Source: a virus. From it: a stretch of 43,228 bases of DNA. Each line of letters starts with the position of its first letter. Within the stretch, counting starts at the first letter, position 1. A program made the translations under genes and the position numbers. Positions 13,770 through 22,934 of this stretch are shown here, one piece after another. Under the pieces are notes generated by a model. The model worked only from the letters and a program-made list of their open reading frames with translations. It was not told the origin of the DNA and ran no database searches. The stretch lies in IMG/VR virus record IMGVR_UViG_3300024518_000010. One strand, given 5' to 3'.

Positions 13770-13959
13770 AGACGGCTGGTATGATTGCTCAGTGTGCGGC
13801 ATTATCGTGGAGCAAAGCATGTTGGTGCCCCACTTCATTGCCGCCTATGCGCCCAGAGAGTTACGGTGCCCTCGGTGCGGTAATGTTGTGAGCGACGAAG
13901 AGATTGATTTAATGCGGAAACTTGACTTTGGGATCCAGCAGCAATCCAGATTGCCATAG
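13753..13959 (+). CDS. Zinc-ribbon protein, 68 aa, GTG start
   Basis: CSVC...CPRC. Its 3' end overlaps the convergent 1227-aa gene by 51 nt, so the call is uncertain. Confidence 0.35.
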   Translation: MSTITKDGWYDCSVCGIIVEQSMLVPHFIAAYAPRELRCPRCGNVVSDEEIDLMRKLDFGIQQQSRLP

Positions 13960-16900
13960 TGCCGACGCATAGCCGTTGATAGCTGAGACATCCAGGTTGA
14001 CGCCATTTTCTCTTGCTTTTTTATAAGTTTCTGCGTTTGGTCGATACGGCATGAACCTGCCTTGCATAAGCATCGAGGCTTCGCGGTCGCCTAGTTTAGA
14101 TCGTTTCAAGGCTTTTTTAATTTGGAGATCTGTTTTACCTAGATCGCGGGCTGCCTGGATATCGGCATATGTGGATTGGGCTGTTTTGAATTTTGCTTTG
14201 TTCGCCCCTATCAGCATATTCATGTGGTCCCGTGGTGTCAGGTTGGCGCCATGTTCTCTGAGTGGACCAGTAAATAATTCAGTGGTGAGGTTGTAGTTGC
14301 GCTGAGTGGCTTGCCCCATGTGATACATGCGTTCGTCCATGCTTTGTCGCATCAGCTTAAAGCCCAGCAGCAGTGACGCCAATTCAGTTTCTACCGAGTA
14401 TTCTCTACCAAACCGGCCCTTTTCGCCTACTACTGCCTTTCGCAACTTATTTGCCGAGAATATGAATTTTGGTAGCATCCCGCCCTTATCAGCCAAGAAC
14501 TGTGCTTTTTTTGCCATTTGTGTTTGGAAATCAGCTTCTGGGTTGACAATGTTAGCCTTGGTTCTGGGGTTGGAGGTATTTGATTTTACCGCAATACCGG
14601 CAGTTAACGGCACCTTCATGTCAAAATATCCCTGGACCAGTTTAGCCAGTGAGCCGGGACTAACATCTGGGTTTTCGCCCATCATCATAGCTACCTGCAC
14701 TGGCTCGGTGTAGACAGAAAAGGGGAAATACTGTGACATGTCTATGGTGTTAAGCTTGTCAGGATCCTTTGCATCTTTTATCGTGATTGTCGGGTGACTC
14801 TGCTGGAACTCGGGCGTAAACCTGTGCCCTGCAACACTCTCTTCATGACTCGTCCCGGCAAGATGTTCTACCGTGCCCTTCAGGATTGGCACACCCAGCA
14901 CTCCCATGCCTAGCCACCCTGCCATACGTTCTGCGCCGATAGCTCGTAACTCCGGCACACTCATTTCTTGTAGTGCCAATTTAGGTATGTTCGCAAAAGT
15001 GCGAATTGACTCTGACGTAAATGACATGAAGTTTGTCACCGGCAATCGCCTTGCTAGTTTTTGGGCCTTGCCTACTCTGCTGTAAGACGGGTATGTGTTG
15101 GCAACTATTTTACTAATCCACTCTTTTACCTGTGGACTGTTTGCTGCTGCTTCTCCTAGCTTGTCGGCGTATCGGATTCGTTCAAACTCGTAAGCATACA
15201 CCTTGTTCAAATCATCTGCCCCGGTAAACGCTTTTGTGGCTGCCGTCGCTGGACTGGTGAGTATTTTTGTGGCGAGACGATCTGGCATATCGGGTAGGGC
15301 TGCCCCACCTCTGATGTCTTGTCCAAGCTCTTGGATCTGCCGCATTTCGACACTGTCGCCCAATAAACCTGCCTTGGCCCACTCATCTACCTGGGCTGGA
15401 TTTTTAAGCCCCGCCATCATTGACTTAGTTGCCTTTGCCCCGATTACTGGATTGAGTCTCCCTGCCACTTTCTGCATCCACCAACCACCAACCACATTTC
15501 TTACTTGGGTTGTCGGGTTGAACACAGTCAAGTTTTTATTGGCCATGTTGAACATACGCATGAATAGATTTAGCCCCTTGTTCGTGACGATATCCAACTC
15601 ATCCATGTTCTCGAAAACCTTTTGAAACTCGGGCGTGGTATATAAGTTCTTCATCGCGCCGTATCGAGGATTGTCGGGTATCTGGGCAGTGAGTCCGGCA
15701 TCAGGATCCCCCTTGACTGACAAAAACCTGCCTTTGCCTGCTGGCCCCCTGCCTCTGAGTCCTTGTGCAGTGACCCTTTCAAAAAATTGACTTGTCTCTA
15801 CGAATTGCGCTACTCGGCCAACTGTGTTTTGGTAGTTAACAAACGGATCTTTGTATTCGCCCCACAGCTTTCTAACTTCAATAGGTATCTCTTTGCGCTT
15901 TCTCGTCACCCCCATGTCCCGGCCAAACGTGGTTGAGAGGTGCCCCAGCATGTCCTTGCCTTTGGTGTCTAGCAGGTTGCCTACTTTGATGGTAAGACGG
16001 GAATCCAGCAGTTCGGCGGCGCGGGGAGAAAGGTTATCGAGTTTTGTAAGTTTAAGTCCAAGGGTTTCGTTGAGATCTTTAAGGAGCGCCTTTTCCTCCG
16101 AGTTGCGAATGTATCTCTTCGCCTCATTGACGATTTGTTCTGCTTCACTGCCTTGTTTTTTTGCTGACTTGAGAAATTTTTTCGCATAATCCGCTTCTTC
16201 AAACATTCGATATGCTCTAGTTAAATACGTATATTCATTATGATCTATGACTTGCTTCAACTCTGTGCTGATGCTGGTGCCTGGTAAATCTCTAGCTGCC
16301 CGGCTCAGTCGTATTCGTTGCTTACGGGCTCGCTTTATGGCATTGGCGGTTTTAGGGCTGAAGCTGCCTAGTCCGGCACGAGTTTGTAGCGCATCGTTCA
16401 CCCGATACCGGAATGCTGGTTGGTTCAGTTGCCCTGGGTGTTCTTCCTTGATTGCCTTTTTGAGTTGCTTGACCGTATAGAGAGCGCGATTTGTTTCAGC
16501 CGCGACGGCAGCATTCATTCCATGTTTCAGGTTGGCTACTTTAAGTGTAGGGAAATGCCCCTGGGGAGTAACTTGGTGTTTGATCCAAGCAAATGCGCCC
16601 TTGCTGAAATCTACTTCTGTCTCTGCCTGATACACTTCACGCAACAGGTGCTGGATCCTTCGTTTCGGTTGTCCTTTGAGTGCCCTGATCGCTTGGATGC
16701 CGGATCCCACTCCTGCCAGTGCTGCCGCTTCGCCAAAATTCAATAGGTGGCTATCTGGTTTCCCTGCTAGTTCGGCCAACAAACCGGGCGCTGTTTTGGA
16801 ATACGCTACGGCAGTTGTCCCTTCGGCAGCCATGAGTGCGGCAATTTTCGGTATTCCTTTCAGCCCTAATTTAGTCGCTCCCTTAACTGCCCCGACACCA

Positions 16901-17592
16901 CCAGCTACCAGTGACCCTACGGCAATTGCTGGATCCGTGAATCCTGTGCTTGGGTGGGCCAACGAGATAAGTCCCTTTAGTGTATCGGATCGTTCGCCTG
17001 TGACAAATTCGGTCTTGCCCCATGGAGTAGCTGCCTCTGCCGTTAGCTGCATCAACGACGGCACACCGGAGCGGGTCTTGGCCTCATCGGACAATCTCTG
17101 CCATGCCTTGGGGTCGATTAACCGCAATAGCCTTTTACCGGCAGTAGCTGAGTTGCCCTGGATTTGGTAGTTGCCGAGCCTATTTAACTCTTCATCCGAT
17201 ATGTCTTTGAGATCTTGTTCCGTGGCCTTTGACAACCCTGCCATAGTTGTTTCGGTGTCGAGCGACTGAAGTGGGATGCGAAGGTCTACCGTGTCTTGCC
17301 GGGTATCGGTCCAAGTATTAGCCATGCCTCCCAGTTGAGATCGGGGCACTGGTGTTGTCTTTGGCGGGATAAGCAACTCATCCACCTCTCTATACACAAT
17401 CCCTTGCGCCCCTTGGAGAAACTTAGTGGCCTCATCGTTGTCTGTTTCGTTGGCCAGGTAATCTGAGGCACCGGCATCTTCCAGAATTGTTTGCTCAAAA
17501 TACTGCTCACGCATCTGTGCCTTGCGTGCCCGTGACATAGATGCCATGGCAACAGGATCTTTGAATTGTGTTAGTAGTTCGGCGGCGGTCAT
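13909..17592 (-). CDS. Large internal virion / ejection-type protein, 1227 aa
   Basis: It is the last gene of the structural arm and follows two other internal-protein-like genes. It has Gly/Ala-rich hydrophobic segments (GSLVAGGVGAVKGATKLGL..., PKIAALMAAEG). No lytic motif recognised. Confidence 0.6.
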   Translation of the reverse strand: MTAAELLTQFKDPVAMASMSRARKAQMREQYFEQTILEDAGASDYLANETDNDEATKFLQGAQGIVYREVDELLIPPKTTPVPRSQLGGMANTWTDTRQDTVDLRIPLQSLDTETTMAGLSKATEQDLKDISDEELNRLGNYQIQGNSATAGKRLLRLIDPKAWQRLSDEAKTRSGVPSLMQLTAEAATPWGKTEFVTGERSDTLKGLISLAHPSTGFTDPAIAVGSLVAGGVGAVKGATKLGLKGIPKIAALMAAEGTTAVAYSKTAPGLLAELAGKPDSHLLNFGEAAALAGVGSGIQAIRALKGQPKRRIQHLLREVYQAETEVDFSKGAFAWIKHQVTPQGHFPTLKVANLKHGMNAAVAAETNRALYTVKQLKKAIKEEHPGQLNQPAFRYRVNDALQTRAGLGSFSPKTANAIKRARKQRIRLSRAARDLPGTSISTELKQVIDHNEYTYLTRAYRMFEEADYAKKFLKSAKKQGSEAEQIVNEAKRYIRNSEEKALLKDLNETLGLKLTKLDNLSPRAAELLDSRLTIKVGNLLDTKGKDMLGHLSTTFGRDMGVTRKRKEIPIEVRKLWGEYKDPFVNYQNTVGRVAQFVETSQFFERVTAQGLRGRGPAGKGRFLSVKGDPDAGLTAQIPDNPRYGAMKNLYTTPEFQKVFENMDELDIVTNKGLNLFMRMFNMANKNLTVFNPTTQVRNVVGGWWMQKVAGRLNPVIGAKATKSMMAGLKNPAQVDEWAKAGLLGDSVEMRQIQELGQDIRGGAALPDMPDRLATKILTSPATAATKAFTGADDLNKVYAYEFERIRYADKLGEAAANSPQVKEWISKIVANTYPSYSRVGKAQKLARRLPVTNFMSFTSESIRTFANIPKLALQEMSVPELRAIGAERMAGWLGMGVLGVPILKGTVEHLAGTSHEESVAGHRFTPEFQQSHPTITIKDAKDPDKLNTIDMSQYFPFSVYTEPVQVAMMMGENPDVSPGSLAKLVQGYFDMKVPLTAGIAVKSNTSNPRTKANIVNPEADFQTQMAKKAQFLADKGGMLPKFIFSANKLRKAVVGEKGRFGREYSVETELASLLLGFKLMRQSMDERMYHMGQATQRNYNLTTELFTGPLREHGANLTPRDHMNMLIGANKAKFKTAQSTYADIQAARDLGKTDLQIKKALKRSKLGDREASMLMQGRFMPYRPNAETYKKARENGVNLDVSAINGYASALWQSGLLLDPKVKFPH

Positions 17593-18599
17593 TAGTTCCT
17601 TGCCCCTTGTCTAAATCGGTCTAGTGCTTTTGTGGCGTTGTTTTTCGGGTTGATAGGTGTTTTGGACGTGGGCTTGTAGCTGGCAGGCAGAGATGATGTG
17701 CCGCTGTTGATGTCCTTTGTCAGCGATTCGTTTTCTGATTTTAGCTGTTTTATCATCTTTGTCGCAGCATCTCGTCTCTCCTGGGTAACATCGAATTCAT
17801 CACCCGCTATTTTTTCATAGTGCAGCATGAGATCCCTATTGTCGCTTCGCTCTTTTTTCCACCCATCGATTCGTCTGTCTGCTCGTCGAGCCACTTCAAA
17901 TGCTACCTGCTGCTCCATGCGTGCCCTAGTTGACGGATCCACTTTGTCTTTGTCGAGGATATGGATTGCGCCATTAGCACCGACCAAGTAAGGGTATTTC
18001 TCACCGGTATCTGGATCAACCCAAGTGTATTGTTCTGGCGCCACATCTTTTTTCTGCGTTTTCGACCGGATGTCAGCGTCAATAGCATACATTTTGCTTA
18101 TGTCATTTATCAGCGAGGTAGTCAACCGAATATCTTTTTGATTGAATGTCTCGGCCATGCCACTCCACGCTTCTCGGAAGCTGCTGTCCTTTGACACATT
18201 GGACAGGTGGTTTTTGAATACTGCCAGTCCTTCTTGATTGTTTCGTCGCTCCTCTGTCTCGCGCTGCCGTTGTTTTTTCATTACATCGGCTTGCTCCTGC
18301 TGCCTCTGCATAGCTTTGACCTGAGCGTATTGCCCTAGCATCTCTGCCTTTGCTGCTGGCGACATGTTTACCAGGTGTTTCGGGTCAATGATGCTCTCCT
18401 GCTTTTGGATAGCGTCAAACGCCTTACCCATGGCAATTATCTTCTTCTGCTTCTCTTCTTCCGCTTTCTCTAGCAGTTTATTCTTTTGTTTGTTCAGACC
18501 TAGCTGGGCCAATCCACTACCAATACCTTGGCCGAATTGTGAAATGCCTTGCCCAATAGATTGGTCGCCTCTGTATTGTATACCTGGATTGTATGGCAT
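17592..18599 (-). CDS. Coiled-coil internal virion protein, 335 aa
   Basis: Gly/Gln-rich N-terminus followed by charged heptad-like sequence. TAATG coupling to the next gene. Confidence 0.55.
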   Translation of the reverse strand: MPYNPGIQYRGDQSIGQGISQFGQGIGSGLAQLGLNKQKNKLLEKAEEEKQKKIIAMGKAFDAIQKQESIIDPKHLVNMSPAAKAEMLGQYAQVKAMQRQQEQADVMKKQRQRETEERRNNQEGLAVFKNHLSNVSKDSSFREAWSGMAETFNQKDIRLTTSLINDISKMYAIDADIRSKTQKKDVAPEQYTWVDPDTGEKYPYLVGANGAIHILDKDKVDPSTRARMEQQVAFEVARRADRRIDGWKKERSDNRDLMLHYEKIAGDEFDVTQERRDAATKMIKQLKSENESLTKDINSGTSSLPASYKPTSKTPINPKNNATKALDRFRQGARN

Positions 18600-18622
18600 G
18601 TTATTTCTCCGAATTGTCTGTA

Positions 18623-19441
18623 TTATCCCCCCATCCCGAACGCACCACCGGCAATACTTCCAAAGGCGCCTATGGCAGCCCCGGATAGGGCAGCTTTGTT
18701 GTTAGCGTTGGCGATGTTTGCCGCACTGGCAGCGTTGAAATTGGTGTTATACACGTCTGATGCGTAGCCGGACTCTGGGTTGAATAGATTGCCTGGGTTA
18801 AGTGAGTTCGCTTGGCCAAACACGGATCCACCTTCCAGCGGGTTGCGTCCTGACCGGCCTAGAATGGCTAAAAATGGATCGGCAGAAGTTGCCTGGTTGA
18901 GCCCCACCACTCGATCTGCGAAACCCCTCGACTGATTGCGGTATCTATCATACTCACTTGCCGTGAACCGGGCCTCATTAAACACATCTGACGGTCCCAT
19001 GCCAAACCCTCTTGCCGACTGTCCAGCCCGTATTGCCTGCTGAGATTCGCGCAGTAGCCCAGCGTCCATGCCTCCCGATTGCAAACCTGCTAGTGCTTGT
19101 GTGTTCATTTCTGCCATCAAAGCTGCCTGTTCTGGATTGGCGGCCCTAAATGCTTCCATGGCCCTAGTGCCAAGATCTTCTACGTCAGTTAAATCTGCCT
19201 CGCGTTGAGAGCGGTTGCTGGTTTCGGCAATAGTGTCTAGTTCACTGGACGCACTTTTAAACAGCTCCAACATTTGCGGGGTCATAGTCTTAGCTATGTC
19301 CATGTCTAGCTGGGCGTATTGGGGCCGAAACTCTCTTTCAGCGTCAAATTTATCGCCTGCCAGATCGTATTGTGCTTGGAGGGTTTCTCGCGTCTCGTCG
19401 TAATAGTTGCGAGGCTCAACAGGTTCTACTTTAGATCCCAT
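18623..19441 (-). CDS. Internal virion protein, 272 aa, with Gly/Ala-rich hydrophobic C-terminus
   Basis: The C-terminal sequence is AALSGAAIGAFGSIAGGAFGMGG. Assigned by position in the module. Confidence 0.5.
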   Translation of the reverse strand: MGSKVEPVEPRNYYDETRETLQAQYDLAGDKFDAEREFRPQYAQLDMDIAKTMTPQMLELFKSASSELDTIAETSNRSQREADLTDVEDLGTRAMEAFRAANPEQAALMAEMNTQALAGLQSGGMDAGLLRESQQAIRAGQSARGFGMGPSDVFNEARFTASEYDRYRNQSRGFADRVVGLNQATSADPFLAILGRSGRNPLEGGSVFGQANSLNPGNLFNPESGYASDVYNTNFNAASAANIANANNKAALSGAAIGAFGSIAGGAFGMGG

Positions 19442-19775
19442 ATAATATCTTTCTTTCTACTGCGTCAGTCTTGTAAATTTTCAAACGGTCCCTTCTGTGC
19501 CATGCGAGCCACGGCAGTCTATATGGTGTGATTTGGACAAACCTTTTGAGGGGTCGATTTCCTGCCGCCGTCCAAACAAACCAGCAATTCTTGACAGCAA
19601 ACTCCGCTTCGATCTTGAGGAACTTGTGGGGCTCGTCGACATTGACCGGTCGTGCCATGATGAACTCTGTAGGACTGGACCACACGCATCCATACTGCAT
19701 ATGTAACATGAGGTCGGTGGCAAATGGCCGGTCTTTAGGTTCATATAGTTTAAGCGCATGTTCGAGTGGAGTCAA
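19431..19775 (-). CDS. Hypothetical protein, 114 aa
   Basis: Tracked ORF between the fibre genes and the internal-protein genes. Confidence 0.55.
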   Translation of the reverse strand: MTPLEHALKLYEPKDRPFATDLMLHMQYGCVWSSPTEFIMARPVNVDEPHKFLKIEAEFAVKNCWFVWTAAGNRPLKRFVQITPYRLPWLAWHRRDRLKIYKTDAVERKILYGI

Positions 19776-19776
19776 A

Positions 19777-20859
19777 TTATAGTAGTTCTAATACTCGGCA
19801 TCTGACATTACCAAACCCTGTGCCTGAGCCAAACACCATGCCGGGAGTTGCGGCAGAGTTGACGTGGATTGTTCTAGCATTTGTGATAGCATCCGGCACA
19901 ATGAATACGCTGATGTAAACTGTTCCTGTCTCAGTGCTAGTAGTAAACCAACCCTTGGCGCTTACGTGATACAAATAGTCGCTACTGCTCGTTGTTACAA
20001 AATATGTTGGGCCTCCTGCAAGTTTCGTGGTGTGGGCATCTGCGGCAGTGTTGTAAGCAATCAATACGCACTCAGTTGCTGGTGTGCCTCCCCCTTCTGC
20101 GAGATAGGCAAAATCACACTCGACCCATATCTTGGAACTCTCGTGGACTTTGGTGTATGAGAATTGTGCGATTAGTGGTGTGTTGGTCAGTCCATCATGG
20201 TATGCCAAGGCCGTGTCGATGTTTGAGTTGCCTGACTCGGGATGGAAAAATAAATTGTTGGCGCCACCAGGTTCTGGGATTGCGTCCATGTCCAACGAGA
20301 AAGCAGTATCGTTAGAAAAGTATGCTGCCGTTGCCCCACCAATGCCGTTAAGTGTTGCGTAGTTAACCGGGTTGCCGCTACTGTCGATGATAGGCACTCG
20401 CTCTACACCAGTGATAGTTGTGTCCTCGGTCAGTCCATTGAATTGAATCTTTGCCGTAGTGACCGAATCGTTTGCCAGCATGGCTGTTTCAACTGCTCCG
20501 GCCTGGATTGTTGCGGCGCCCGTACTGTCTACCACGACGTCTCCTGAGATAGTGTATGCAACAGCCGTGTTGGCAGTAGATCCGATTAGAAATTGTCCCG
20601 CTGTTAAAATCGTTTCGGCAGCCAGACCACTAGTGTTGCCGACTAACACCTTACCTTCTGCCAGGGCAATCTTGGTTGAGGTGATATCGGCAGTGCCAGA
20701 GATGTGTTCGTTTTTAACGCTACCGGCAGCCAAGCTTTGTCCTGCTACGGATCCCTGGATTGTCACGGTTGGTTTGGCTAGTTGGTTCAGCTTGGCCTTG
20801 GTGACATCCTCGGTCGCATTGAAGTCGTAGCCTGGTGTTAGTGCTGCTGAGATTGACAT
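19777..20859 (-). CDS. Tail fibre / receptor-binding protein, 360 aa; paralog of 20861..22045
   Basis: The N-terminal anchor MSISAALTPGYDFNATEDVTKAKLNQLAKPTV is shared with two neighbours. The C-terminal domain aligns with the 394-aa paralog. Confidence 0.7.
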   Translation of the reverse strand: MSISAALTPGYDFNATEDVTKAKLNQLAKPTVTIQGSVAGQSLAAGSVKNEHISGTADITSTKIALAEGKVLVGNTSGLAAETILTAGQFLIGSTANTAVAYTISGDVVVDSTGAATIQAGAVETAMLANDSVTTAKIQFNGLTEDTTITGVERVPIIDSSGNPVNYATLNGIGGATAAYFSNDTAFSLDMDAIPEPGGANNLFFHPESGNSNIDTALAYHDGLTNTPLIAQFSYTKVHESSKIWVECDFAYLAEGGGTPATECVLIAYNTAADAHTTKLAGGPTYFVTTSSSDYLYHVSAKGWFTTSTETGTVYISVFIVPDAITNARTIHVNSAATPGMVFGSGTGFGNVRCRVLELL

Positions 20860-20860
20860 A

Positions 20861-22045
20861 TTATTCGGGAGTAGCTACTTCGGTGATAGTGCATTTTAAA
20901 TTTTTGAGATCGCCATACATTTGCCCCGGCACTGAGGTTTTGTTGATCCAGTATTGCCTGCCTTGGACTGGGAAGACATCCGGCACAACCCACACTGATA
21001 TGTATACGTTGCCTGGGGCATCTGTGGTGCTAAAATATCCGCTGGGGGAACAATGCAGAACTTGGTATCTCAGCCCTTGACCCGGCAGATTGGTATCTGT
21101 AGAGACAATGTGTTTCGGGGGCGATATGATTTTTGCCGCAAACGTAGTAGAGCTTGTGCCGTAGGCAATGACAATAGACTCAACTGCCTTTGTTAAGAAG
21201 CCGTTGTATAACCGCATCAGAGCAAAGTCCATTTCTATCCATAGATCAGAGTTAGTGAGTTGCTTGGCATACGTCCATTGATGAATCATCGGGATGCCAT
21301 CAGTTTCTACATTGTTGTAGTTTTCACCCATGGCATGGTCTAGATCTACGTTGCCTGTTTCTAGATCAAACCACAAATCATCATCGGGTGCCGGGGGGAT
21401 AGTTACTTTCTCATTTACGTTGTTCGATATATAACTAAACTCCACATCATCAGACAGCAAAACAGTATGCGTCCTATGAACATCTTTTGAGGTAACATAG
21501 CTGATTGGATCCCCAGTATTATTGATAATAGGTATCCTTTCCGCGCCATCCATATCTATGTCTTCCGTCAGCACCAACTGAACGGCACTTTCATCGGCGG
21601 CATCGGTATCTAGCTCGGTAGTATCCACAGCATCATTTGCTATTGTGGCTTGAGCTACCAGCACACTTGAAGACGAGGACGATGAAGACGACGATGAATA
21701 GGCCCAGGCAAGTGTCATATCCCCGCTGAGACTAACTGCCTCTGCCTTACTTGCGGCTGATCCGGCCAACAGTTCCGCTTCATCCAAATCTTGTAGGTCG
21801 GCTTTGCCACTAGCATTACCTACATACACGTCGCCTCGGTCTAGAGAAAACTTAGTAGACGTAATGGCATCTTTCTCGGCACTGCTGAGATGTGTATCAG
21901 TTATATTATTAACAGTAAGCGCCAAGCTACCGATAGCCCCTTGCACGTCGATAGTAGGTTTGCCCAAAAGGTTTAGCTTCTCCCGTGTCACCTCTTCGTC
22001 ATCGTCGAGAATGTGTCCTGGGAATATGTCTACTTCTGTTGCCAT
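20861..22045 (-). CDS. Tail fibre / receptor-binding protein, 394 aa, with an 11-Ser linker
   Basis: N-terminus IFPGHILDDDEEVTREKLNLLGKPTI. Poly-Ser is encoded at 21665..21697. Confidence 0.7.
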   Translation of the reverse strand: MATEVDIFPGHILDDDEEVTREKLNLLGKPTIDVQGAIGSLALTVNNITDTHLSSAEKDAITSTKFSLDRGDVYVGNASGKADLQDLDEAELLAGSAASKAEAVSLSGDMTLAWAYSSSSSSSSSSSVLVAQATIANDAVDTTELDTDAADESAVQLVLTEDIDMDGAERIPIINNTGDPISYVTSKDVHRTHTVLLSDDVEFSYISNNVNEKVTIPPAPDDDLWFDLETGNVDLDHAMGENYNNVETDGIPMIHQWTYAKQLTNSDLWIEMDFALMRLYNGFLTKAVESIVIAYGTSSTTFAAKIISPPKHIVSTDTNLPGQGLRYQVLHCSPSGYFSTTDAPGNVYISVWVVPDVFPVQGRQYWINKTSVPGQMYGDLKNLKCTITEVATPE

Positions 22046-22051
22046 GCTAGT

Positions 22052-22933
22052 CTATACCGCTTCCACTATAATCCCAATATTTTCCAGGGCACTGATGATT
22101 GAGTCAATGGCAGTCCTAGCTTCGGAATCTTGGGTGCTGCCGCCAGTTGGTGAGTTAATGACGGATGCCTGGACAGTAGGAGTTTGACCATACATACCTA
22201 TTGTGCTGCCATCGCCTATTTGGAATACGCTCGTGCCGTTGTCCGTGAAGTCCGCTATATCCCCAGTGCTTGTTTGGTTTACAATTAATGTCGTTGTCGT
22301 ATCTTGTGCTGTGACATTTAGATGACCGTCTGACAGAGTAGCATCCCCCGCCTGTAGAGCTATAAAACCGTTTACCATGTCGATGTTGCCCAATGGTATG
22401 TGTAGACTCAGTATCTCTCCTCCGGATCCAACGTATAATCCTTTGGTAGCCTGAACTCCATTATCATCGTCGTAGTAGATATATGATACATCTGTTTTTG
22501 GCACCCCAGAACTGCTCGCGTAAGGAATGGACTGATTCGCCCAAGCGCCCATCCCCGTACCCCCACTTGCCGGGGTAATGGGTATGCCAGCAGATATAGT
22601 GCTAATCACCGCAGCCGAGGCAACGATGTTGGTGACATATAAATTGCGAAATATTTTTGCTGGTATGAGCGAACCGAGGTCTACGGTATTAGTGACGGCA
22701 GGTAGTATGTGCCCGGTCACGGTAGAGGTTCCGGTATTAACAAACTCCGCTGTGTTTAGTGCTGTAAAATATCCATTGGAAAAAGGAACCCCAGACGAAC
22801 CGATATCTGCCGCATCACCCGTCTCCCGAAACACACCAGTGTCTACGTATATCGCATTAATAGGGTCGCTCGATGTCCCAATATCAATCTGGTGTAAGTC
22901 ATCTATTACAATTGACGAAAGCAGTCTCGGCAT
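22052..22933 (-). CDS. Tail fibre-like protein, 293 aa
   Basis: Ser/Thr/Gly-rich beta-type sequence. The C-terminal DSEARTAIDSIISALENIGII resembles a motif I recall at fibre C-termini. Confidence 0.6.
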   Translation of the reverse strand: MPRLLSSIVIDDLHQIDIGTSSDPINAIYVDTGVFRETGDAADIGSSGVPFSNGYFTALNTAEFVNTGTSTVTGHILPAVTNTVDLGSLIPAKIFRNLYVTNIVASAAVISTISAGIPITPASGGTGMGAWANQSIPYASSSGVPKTDVSYIYYDDDNGVQATKGLYVGSGGEILSLHIPLGNIDMVNGFIALQAGDATLSDGHLNVTAQDTTTTLIVNQTSTGDIADFTDNGTSVFQIGDGSTIGMYGQTPTVQASVINSPTGGSTQDSEARTAIDSIISALENIGIIVEAV

Positions 22934-22934
22934 G

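Noticed and set aside
14051-17552. Numerous + strand ORFs inside the 1227-aa gene; similar shadow ORFs lie inside the fibre, portal and capsid genes
   Set aside because: They are antisense shadows of long, tightly coupled minus-strand genes. None has independent support.
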